A program made the position numbers and the translations under genes. Below, piece after piece: positions 56,266-64,000 of a stretch of DNA of 64,000 nt (position 1 is its first letter; each line of letters begins with the position of its first letter). Source of the DNA: Carpediemonas membranifera BICM (Eukaryota; Protista; Fornicata); the NCBI GenBank assembly GCA_019828565.1, contig JAHDYR010000005.1, positions 1,741,408-1,805,407 of the forward strand, given 5' to 3'. The notes below the pieces were generated by a model. The model was not told where the DNA came from. It saw nothing but the letters and a program-made list of their open reading frames with translations, and did no database searches.

Positions 56266-57039
56266 ATGGTGAGCGAGGAAGTTTATGGCATTATCTGTGC
56301 CGAACAGGGTGAAATCGACAACCTGTCCAAGGACATCAAGGATACTACTGAGACTGAAATCGCCAGCCGTGTTTTCAAGCAGGGCACGCTCTACGGCCGT
56401 CGTGTTGTCCTTGTTCTCTGCCGTCCCGGCAAGGTTGCAGCAGCAGCCACCACTACGCTCCTGATCCACCATTTCAAGGTCAACAAGCTTCTTTTCGTCG
56501 GCGTTGCCGGCTCGACGCACCCTGATGTCCATATTGGCGATATTGTCGTTGGGACCGAGTGCTCTCAGCACGATATGGATGCCAGGCCATGGCGTGAGCG
56601 CTACATCCTCCCCGAGCTTGGCGTCGGCTTCTTTGAGTCAACTCTTGCAGAGCCGTTTGCCAAGGCCGTCTCCGCCTTCCTCGCCGATGGCTTCCAGACA
56701 GAGTTTGCCGAGTCCGACCTCTCTATGTTTGACGTCACTATCCCTGCCATTCATAAGGGCCTCATCGTCTCAGGTGACCAGTTCATCGCCTCCAAAGAGG
56801 TCAAGGCTGGCATCGTGGACGGGTACGCTGAAGCACACAAGAAGACGCCCCTCGCCTGCGAGATGGAGGGCGCCGCTGTGGCACAGGTGGCATATGAGAT
56901 GGGCTGCCCTGCTCTCGTTGTCCGCGTCATCTCGGACGAGGCCAATGATAAGTCCCTCGACGACTTTGGCGCCTTCCTGACCAAGTGCTCTGGCCCTGTC
57001 ATCGGAGCTATCGTTCGCGAGTACTTTATGTCTCTTTAA
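56266..57039 (+). CDS. mtnN: 5'-methylthioadenosine/S-adenosylhomocysteine nucleosidase (MtnN/Pfs family)
   Basis: GIICA..E, GKVAAA, GVAGS, IGDIVV, QHDMD, SGDQFI, EMEGAAVAQV, RVISD.A. Confidence 0.92.
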   Translation: MVSEEVYGIICAEQGEIDNLSKDIKDTTETEIASRVFKQGTLYGRRVVLVLCRPGKVAAAATTTLLIHHFKVNKLLFVGVAGSTHPDVHIGDIVVGTECSQHDMDARPWRERYILPELGVGFFESTLAEPFAKAVSAFLADGFQTEFAESDLSMFDVTIPAIHKGLIVSGDQFIASKEVKAGIVDGYAEAHKKTPLACEMEGAAVAQVAYEMGCPALVVRVISDEANDKSLDDFGAFLTKCSGPVIGAIVREYFMSL

Positions 57040-57392
57040 ACGCATTTTAACGCATTAACCCCACCGGCGCTTAAAACGTGGTTTATGTCATTTACATACT
57101 GCTGCATATCTACATCCGACCAGCCGGGGCCAGCCACTCCTGGGGGAGGACCTCGTCCCACGGCAGCACACTCGCTGACGATTCCACTTTATCTTCCTCC
57201 AAGTTGTTAACAGGGGAAATATGTGCACGACGGCGCGCTACCAGCCTGAAGTCACTCAAGCTGTCAGCCGTCCATGCTACCAAGGCCTTCGTAATGGCCT
57301 GTCTCGCCTCGTCCACGGAGAATATCCTCGACTCTGTCTTACTCTTTATATCACAGTAATAAATCGTTCAACTCATGTATATCGGACAGTGG

Positions 57393-60300
57393 TCACTGAA
57401 TGAGAGCATGAAGACCGTCCAGGACGCCGTCAGAGTCAGGAATCGTCTGCGTCTTCATGGCGAGCTCGAGCTTGCGGTGAACGGACTCGATCGAGACGGG
57501 GAAGTCCGTTCGTCCCATATCTCTTTTGAACCAGGGAATCAGATTTGGCATAACCTGCACCGCGTTCTTCTTGTTGAGTGAATCACTTCCATCGAGCTGC
57601 TTGACGACGAAAGAATAGACCAGTTGACGATGGGCCGAACCAAGACACTCAATGGCACCAGTGAGGGCAGTAATCATGTCTCGGTACTTGTTACCGAGGA
57701 GGATGGCCGAGTGCGGGCCGAACTGAGCGAGTAAACCAGATATAAGAGATCTCAGAAGATCGTGGTGAGATCCGATGAATCTACGGACGATCGTTTTCAC
57801 GCTGCTGACCCCGATTGACCGAATCGTATCGTGATCATTGCAAGCGGCCATCACGACGGCACCGAGAGAAGGAGCTACGACCTCGTCCTCGAACTCGATG
57901 CCCTCGGTCGCCATAAAAGTTACCAAACACCTCAGGGTATTGGCGTGTATCCTCGTCAACTTCTCGACAGACTCGAGCGACGGGTTGACTGACTTGAGCA
58001 AGTCGACCCTGGACCCCTCGACGCCGTGGAGGTCGGACCCGAGTTGACCTAGCAGGGCTTGAGAGGCGGACATCTCCCTGTGTTCAATTAGACCCTTGAA
58101 TATCTCGAGACGTGCCTTTGAAGTCTCGGAGCTGATCCAGTTGGTGAACTCAGCAAGTTTGCCCATAACAGAGGGAATGACGGCGCGAATGACATCTAGC
58201 TCGCATGCTGGGGTGATTCGCCGCATCAGGTCGAGACAAAGCACCGTGGTGTCCGCAGAAAGACCATCCACAGTATCCACGTCCAGCGTTCCCGCCAGAT
58301 TCAACAGCAGCGCCGTAGAGTCGTCCGGGTGCTGCTGGCACAGGGCCCGGAGGAGACCTGTCCGGACGGAGGCGACGCGGACATCAGCTCGGGCTGGGTC
58401 TCCCACAGTCAGCGGAGTCAGGCCGTAAATCTTACACAGCCGTTTGAATGCGTCACTGCTCCTGTAGAGGACGTTGCCGGGGTCGTAGTCGCGCATGGGG
58501 GTCGTAAGCATGCCCGCGTCGGCGTCAGTCTCGGGGTCCTCGTCGGCCTCGTCCACGTCCGGCAAAGTGGATGGGAGTTTCACAGATCGAATCTTTTCTG
58601 CGAGAATCAGATCGGTGACCGCTACTTGCACTGAGGACGCGGGGTCAGCCAGCAGACGAATGGTGGATCCGACAGTGAGGGCGGGCGACAGCGCACCGGA
58701 GAACACCCCGAGACGATGGGCGGCCTCGATGCGCTGCTCGACAGCTCCATTGAGTAGACCTTGCACCTTGACCTCCTGCTGGTTGATGATCCCGCCGCGA
58801 GCGCCATCATCGTCCACGGTGTCGAGCACAGCTGCCAAGGCCCGTTCAATGACGGACTCGAGGGCGGGGTCGGCAGGTTTGGAGAGCACGGCTGTGAAAG
58901 CTGCGACTATGGATCCCACCGTCGAGACCAGGGTGGTGTCAGTGGCCTTGAACTTCTGCAGCGTGGACAGGGCCTCCACGACGAACTGAGCGCTGTACGC
59001 CCTTGCTGATGGGGCCAGTCTGGGCGATTCAATGTACTTGAGCGCCCTCTTGATGAGTGTCTCGATAGTCCCGATGGCCTGGCCAAGTGAACGGAAGAAT
59101 GGCAGCAGTACTGTGAGCGTGATGACGTCACCCTCGGCAAGTAGGGGCAGGGCCGTGATCCTGTCGTACACGAGCTGCATGAGGTCGGGGTACTCGGCGA
59201 CAGCGGCCTTGAGAGCATGTGCGGCCATCTTGATGTCCTTGTCAGTCTCTGGTTTGACCGGTTTTGAGATCGAGTACAGCAAATCATCGATGACGAGTTC
59301 AACGAGAGTAGTGCGATGGGAGGGGTGGAGGACGACGAGAGCAGCCTCAACAGCAGAGATCACGCCGACAGGTGAGACGGCATCAGGCACAGCGCGGCCG
59401 ATGACGGAGGATTGGAGCGTGTAGACGGCTTCGTTCAGCAGGGCAGCGTCGACCGGCCCAATAGCGCGACACACGTCGATTATAAATGTCACGGCCGCCT
59501 CGCCATCAGGCAGGTCTGGGGCAGCCTCGCTCTCTGGCTCAGCTGACTTGGTTCGATCCAGGTTGACTGGTGTGACACCGGCGGGGATCTCGAACGACAA
59601 CACCGTTTCATCCCCGTCCCAGCTCATGGCGTCGGGCATAGCCACGGACTCGTTCGCCCTGATCACTGAGGCCAGCTTAGCGAGGCCAGGGGTCGCGAGG
59701 ACCGGCACAAGAGACCAGAGAAGCATGCGGGGCTTAGCACCGGCCTGACCCTTGATGAGGGCGCACTGCGAGACCAGCGAGCGTACAGCGGCCTCACGAG
59801 TGTTTGCCACGTCCGTCCGGGCGAGAGAATGGGCTAGGAGACAGACCTTGTCGACGTGAGCGGCGCTCCGGTTGAACCCGGCGGAGTAGGCAATGAGCTC
59901 GAGACTCACACTCCTCTGGGCCGGCGTGTACGCAGCTATGGTGGGATCGCCAGCCTTTTGCCATGTCGCGGGTGACCTTAAAATGCTGGCTTCGGCCTCG
60001 AGGTCGGCAATGAGGTCCGTGATGACCGCGGGGGAGCCATGCTCTGTTATAACGGAGATGGCGGCCTTCAGCGTCTCCCTCAGGGCATGTACGGTGAGAT
60101 CTGCGTGTTGCATGCCGCATATAGCGATGATCTGCCGCTTAACCGCGTCTTTGAGCGCTGAAACCTGCCGCAACGCCATGAGGAGGACGGGGCAGGCGTA
60201 CAGACACTCCCTCATCGAGTCAGCGATGACCTCCATGAGCAGGAACACCTCGGGACTGGCGGGGGTTGTGTCCAGCAGCCTGATCAGCTTGGGGAATAGC

Positions 60301-62597
60301 TTGCCGACCAGAGCTCTGGTCACAATGTTCAGCCTGAGTCTGAGCGCTTCTCGTACTACTGCAACGACGAGCACGGTCTTACGCCAGACACCGAGCGAGA
60401 CAGCCTTGGGGGAGTCAGCAAGAGAGGTTGCGATACTCGTGGTAAGAGCCTTGACGTAGATCTGGTCGCCAGAGGGTCGGCTTGACACGAATCCTTTGAC
60501 AATGACCTTAGCACACCGGTCGACCCAAGGCGAGGGAAGGCTGTGGATATATGAGGTGAATTCAGAGATACAGGATGATACACGATCTGTGACCGCACCC
60601 GCGATATCATCAACACAGAGCATTCGTGACAACAGCATAACAGACATCACCATCCTAGAGAAAGTGACCGGCGCGACCGCTGAAGTCGCCGATTGGGCGA
60701 TCGGCAAGGTCATGAGGCAGCTTGTGGTCTCCGGCAGCACGCAGAGGGTGGATTTGGTCAGAAGCGGTAGGACTGGTTCGAGATCTGTTGCAAGCATGCA
60801 TGTCGCGGCTTCCATGTCAGTGGCAACGATCGAAACGTATCTGTTTGCGGCTGTAAGGAGGGCAGATGCGATCTCACCATGAGGGTCGTTCGGCGGCACG
60901 AATTGACCGGCGCTTTTGATGCATTCATAAGCTGCATCGCGTGTGTGTGAGTCAGCCAACCCGAACATGAGTCCTGCCAGAGCCTGACCTGGGGTCCTAA
61001 ATAAAAATACCGGCGATCCCAGCGACCTCACAGCCTGCCTGCGTATATGGGGAGGGGCGTATGACACGGCTATGCGGCATACGTAACCTGTGATATCCTC
61101 GTCGGGCAGGGCCAGCGTCTGGCTGAAAGCTGGGACGATGTCGAGCATGCGAGAGACAGCCGCAGTGGCCGCGTCGCTTGCTTGCTCGCTCTGACGTGAG
61201 GTCGAGATAGCGGCGTATATTCGAGAGAGGATGGCTGAGGCTACCCTGTCTGGGATCTTGGTGCCTAGCGCCTTGTACACCTCCACGGCGGGCTCGAGGG
61301 TCGGCCCGGGGGAGAAGAACGAGAGCATGGCCGCTGCCACACCCGCATCGTCGTCTATGGCGGCGGCTACCGGCGCTGCTAGTGGAAGGACATGCCCCAA
61401 GCCGTGTCTCAGGGCAGTCGCGAGAGTCTGGCCCTTGATACCGTGACCAGAGTCCTGCAGGGTCGCGACAAGGGCCGCGGGTGAGGTCTCGCGGGGCAAA
61501 GGCACGCCGTTCTTCTTCAAGAAGTGCAGGACAAGGTCTCTCGCGGTAGTAGAGGCCGTACGAGAGCCGTCGAACATGGCAAACGCAGCGGCGCCGACGA
61601 GGTCCTTGCCAACGGTGGCGGTGAGAACGGCGCTGCTGCGGCCGATCAAATGTGACAGAATGATTACCCCGTGGACCCTAGCCGATGGTCTGGCCGTCGT
61701 GAGCAGGGGCAGAAGCTTGGGTGCGATGGTCTTGGCGAAGAGCACGACTGCGTTGTCGGCGACTTGTTTCAGGAGGTATCTGGCCGCCTCGCTGATCGTG
61801 GACTCGGGAACCTCGGTAGACGTTGCAGCGACAGTTAGTAGGGCGTTGAAACAAGCGTCGAGTTTGTTCTGGGGGACGGCCATTTTCACGACGGCCTTGA
61901 ATGTGCAGAGGGCTGCCTGAGTGAGCTGGGGACCCGTGGATCGGAACAGTGCCTCTACTATGAAGCTGGTGAGCAGGGGCCCGTTCTCACTTACGATGAG
62001 GGGGGCCACGTCGGGCAGGGTCCCGAGTAGAACGAAGCGCGTGGCCGGGGTGGCCTCCTGAAGCAGGAAATAAAGGTTCCATAGGGAGGTGTAGCGGTCT
62101 TCGGTGGAGAATGACCGCTCGTGCGCCTTGATCACGGCGATGGACGCGAAAACCGCGGCGAGGACGTGCCAGTGGTCATCCGAGCCATACTGCTGCTCAA
62201 ACTCGGCTACTAAAGGCACCGCGATGGGACCTATACCGAGGGATAGCCGGGCTGCGGCCTGGCGGACGAAGTCGGGCAGCGTACCGATGATATTGACAGG
62301 TGTGTCGGATGGGTCGAATGATGGGGCCAGAATTTCGCATAGAGAGTCAAAATGGTCAACCATTTGGGCACGTTTGGTGTAGGAGATGTCTTCCATTGCA
62401 TTGAAAGCCGCTATGAGGGAAAGAATGGCTCTGTTCTCGACGATGTCGTCAAGTTCAGAGTCGATGGCGTGGTCCGGGAATTGTACGGACCAAGACTCCA
62501 ACCAATCCTCTAATTGCGCCAAACTATCAGCAGGCAAGCTTATATCGGTGAAAGCGTGCGGCTGAAGCATGACGGTGCTGTTTTGCATAAACTGCAC
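57393..62597 (-). CDS. Large HEAT/ARM-like alpha-solenoid protein (1734 aa)
   Basis: Long ORF of amphipathic Leu/Ala-rich helices with HEAT-like turns (DHDTIRSIGV, ANTREAAVRSL); exact family not recognised. Confidence 0.75.
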   Translation of the reverse strand: MQFMQNSTVMLQPHAFTDISLPADSLAQLEDWLESWSVQFPDHAIDSELDDIVENRAILSLIAAFNAMEDISYTKRAQMVDHFDSLCEILAPSFDPSDTPVNIIGTLPDFVRQAAARLSLGIGPIAVPLVAEFEQQYGSDDHWHVLAAVFASIAVIKAHERSFSTEDRYTSLWNLYFLLQEATPATRFVLLGTLPDVAPLIVSENGPLLTSFIVEALFRSTGPQLTQAALCTFKAVVKMAVPQNKLDACFNALLTVAATSTEVPESTISEAARYLLKQVADNAVVLFAKTIAPKLLPLLTTARPSARVHGVIILSHLIGRSSAVLTATVGKDLVGAAAFAMFDGSRTASTTARDLVLHFLKKNGVPLPRETSPAALVATLQDSGHGIKGQTLATALRHGLGHVLPLAAPVAAAIDDDAGVAAAMLSFFSPGPTLEPAVEVYKALGTKIPDRVASAILSRIYAAISTSRQSEQASDAATAAVSRMLDIVPAFSQTLALPDEDITGYVCRIAVSYAPPHIRRQAVRSLGSPVFLFRTPGQALAGLMFGLADSHTRDAAYECIKSAGQFVPPNDPHGEIASALLTAANRYVSIVATDMEAATCMLATDLEPVLPLLTKSTLCVLPETTSCLMTLPIAQSATSAVAPVTFSRMVMSVMLLSRMLCVDDIAGAVTDRVSSCISEFTSYIHSLPSPWVDRCAKVIVKGFVSSRPSGDQIYVKALTTSIATSLADSPKAVSLGVWRKTVLVVAVVREALRLRLNIVTRALVGKLFPKLIRLLDTTPASPEVFLLMEVIADSMRECLYACPVLLMALRQVSALKDAVKRQIIAICGMQHADLTVHALRETLKAAISVITEHGSPAVITDLIADLEAEASILRSPATWQKAGDPTIAAYTPAQRSVSLELIAYSAGFNRSAAHVDKVCLLAHSLARTDVANTREAAVRSLVSQCALIKGQAGAKPRMLLWSLVPVLATPGLAKLASVIRANESVAMPDAMSWDGDETVLSFEIPAGVTPVNLDRTKSAEPESEAAPDLPDGEAAVTFIIDVCRAIGPVDAALLNEAVYTLQSSVIGRAVPDAVSPVGVISAVEAALVVLHPSHRTTLVELVIDDLLYSISKPVKPETDKDIKMAAHALKAAVAEYPDLMQLVYDRITALPLLAEGDVITLTVLLPFFRSLGQAIGTIETLIKRALKYIESPRLAPSARAYSAQFVVEALSTLQKFKATDTTLVSTVGSIVAAFTAVLSKPADPALESVIERALAAVLDTVDDDGARGGIINQQEVKVQGLLNGAVEQRIEAAHRLGVFSGALSPALTVGSTIRLLADPASSVQVAVTDLILAEKIRSVKLPSTLPDVDEADEDPETDADAGMLTTPMRDYDPGNVLYRSSDAFKRLCKIYGLTPLTVGDPARADVRVASVRTGLLRALCQQHPDDSTALLLNLAGTLDVDTVDGLSADTTVLCLDLMRRITPACELDVIRAVIPSVMGKLAEFTNWISSETSKARLEIFKGLIEHREMSASQALLGQLGSDLHGVEGSRVDLLKSVNPSLESVEKLTRIHANTLRCLVTFMATEGIEFEDEVVAPSLGAVVMAACNDHDTIRSIGVSSVKTIVRRFIGSHHDLLRSLISGLLAQFGPHSAILLGNKYRDMITALTGAIECLGSAHRQLVYSFVVKQLDGSDSLNKKNAVQVMPNLIPWFKRDMGRTDFPVSIESVHRKLELAMKTQTIPDSDGVLDGLHALIQ

Positions 62598-62706
62598 GTC
62601 ATTTCAAGGGCCAACCCGGGCCTGTGGACCTCAGTGGGAGCTTCTCTGATGACTATATCCTCTCAAAAGGGTTTCTTTCGCATCCGTGCAGTTTATGCGT
62701 CATCGA

Positions 62707-64000
62707 ATGGAGCCGCGACAAACTGAGCAGTCTATTGACGATTTCGTGGTTCCTGAAATTGCATTCAACACACCATTCGTCAAAAATGCTATACTCGCTG
62801 ACGGGGACGAAGCTTCGCCTCTGTTCGCCGTAGGTGAAGAAGATGTGCCCGAGCTCGTCGAGGTTACCGTGGATCAGCTTGATGCCCAGGCAGATACAAT
62901 GGCAAAGCTTACGAGACAGATAGCTGTTCCAGACGAGCTTCGGACGCCTGTACTTACGACGAAAGAGAGCGTTCCTGTGACACCCTCTCATTTCATCAAA
63001 GTTGAGAAGAACATCCCCGAGATAGACCGCATAGAGCGCTATGCAGGTCAGGATGCAGACATGGCCGAGTGGAGAGCCCACAAACACCATGTGATGATCG
63101 TCAGCGAGGCCGGCAAACCGATCTTCACCAGGTATGGCGACACCGACGCGATGAACACGATGATGTGCGTCATCCCCGCCGTCAGCGCCTTCGCAGGCCA
63201 GCTGAACCAAACGCTGAACGCTATCAAAGTCAACGGGACCCTGCACGTTTATGTGAAACACGGCCCCATTTACTTCCTCATCATAACAAAAACCGGCCTG
63301 CCCGAGCTCGTTATCCGCAAGCACACCAAGTACTATTACGACCAGATCACCTCTGCCCTGACACACGTCTTCGAGTTGATGCTAGCCCGTCGGCCATCGT
63401 ATGACATGCGCGAGAACCTGACCGGGGCAGCCCCACTCATATCTGCACTGATACGGCGGTCGATATATGATATCTCGTTCACTCTTGACGCACTCAGGGT
63501 CTGCCCGATGCCGAAGGACCCACGCAGAGATCTGGGCGATTTGATCACTTCAAAACGACCCTCGACCGCCCTGTTCGCGTTTGTCACCGTAGGTCGACAA
63601 CTTGTGACCGCCGGTCGGCCCAAGAACGTCAAGGCGCTCGTCCCCGGCGACATTCTCATTCTCATGAACACACTGGCCGTGCTTGTGCAATCCCAGGACC
63701 CCAACGAGCCTGTGCACCTGAGGTTCCCCATATGCCTGCCGAACTTCAACAGGCGTGGTTTCTTGTATGCTGTGACGAGGGCGCTGGTGCCTGGAATGCT
63801 GTGCACCATGCTCGCTACGAAGGAGGAGGCATGCGACTCGCTGGATGCTGCCCTTCAAGGGATGTTCGTCATCTTGGGCGATCCCACCAGACTCCCGCTC
63901 CGAGCAGCGCTCGTGGAATCCGTGGCCTCGCCGTTTTATCTTGCTGACACCGTCATCGAGGGAAAGCGGCGGGCTCCCCTCCACTTCGTATACGTCGACA
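62707..64000 (+). CDS. MON1: Mon1/SAND vacuolar fusion protein (Rab7 GEF subunit), cut by the window end; absent from the ORF track
   Basis: Read manually: frame open from ATG 62695/62707 through WRAHKHHVMIVSEAGKPIFTRYG, HGPIYFL, YDQITSALT, RPSYDMRENL. Confidence 0.85.
   Translation, partial: MEPRQTEQSIDDFVVPEIAFNTPFVKNAILADGDEASPLFAVGEEDVPELVEVTVDQLDAQADTMAKLTRQIAVPDELRTPVLTTKESVPVTPSHFIKVEKNIPEIDRIERYAGQDADMAEWRAHKHHVMIVSEAGKPIFTRYGDTDAMNTMMCVIPAVSAFAGQLNQTLNAIKVNGTLHVYVKHGPIYFLIITKTGLPELVIRKHTKYYYDQITSALTHVFELMLARRPSYDMRENLTGAAPLISALIRRSIYDISFTLDALRVCPMPKDPRRDLGDLITSKRPSTALFAFVTVGRQLVTAGRPKNVKALVPGDILILMNTLAVLVQSQDPNEPVHLRFPICLPNFNRRGFLYAVTRALVPGMLCTMLATKEEACDSLDAALQGMFVILGDPTRLPLRAALVESVASPFYLADTVIEGKRRAPLHFVYVD

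Noticed and set aside
62653-63984. Minus-strand ORFs 62653-63366, 63336-63809 and 63550-63984
   Set aside because: They are antisense to the Mon1 frame on the plus strand.

Overview
Eukaryotic DNA from a GC-rich, gene-dense protist-like genome (short intergenic gaps, one 36-nt GT-AG intron); the organism cannot be identified from this window. Positions 1-37791 are a head-to-tail array of at least 9 non-LTR retrotransposons: 8 complete units of about 4.2-4.7 kb plus one cut by the window edge. Each encodes RT, a CCHC knuckle and a restriction-like endonuclease, with CRE-clade-like motifs. Every unit-unit junction carries the first 13 nt of tRNA-Glu (TCGGCCATGGTAT), and the array ends in an intact tRNA-Glu(CTC) at 37792-37864. 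This points to repeated site-specific insertion into the tRNA-Glu 5' end with regeneration of the gene. The only in-frame ATG ahead of the conserved N-terminal coding region lies inside that tRNA-derived 13-mer (GCCATGG). Units are combinatorial: two N-terminal modules and four RT-RLE bodies, joined by a variable-copy 93-bp linker. Next come tRNA-Leu(TAA) and, 50 bp downstream, an intact tyrosine-recombinase retrotransposon with split direct repeats (38078-41746, minus strand). The rest (42.2-64 kb) is host genes: Serinc, deoxyhypusine synthase, a USP, an Est1/SMG7-like protein, TatD, a macrodomain protein, MTA/SAH nucleosidase, a large HEAT-like protein, Mon1 and several hypotheticals.
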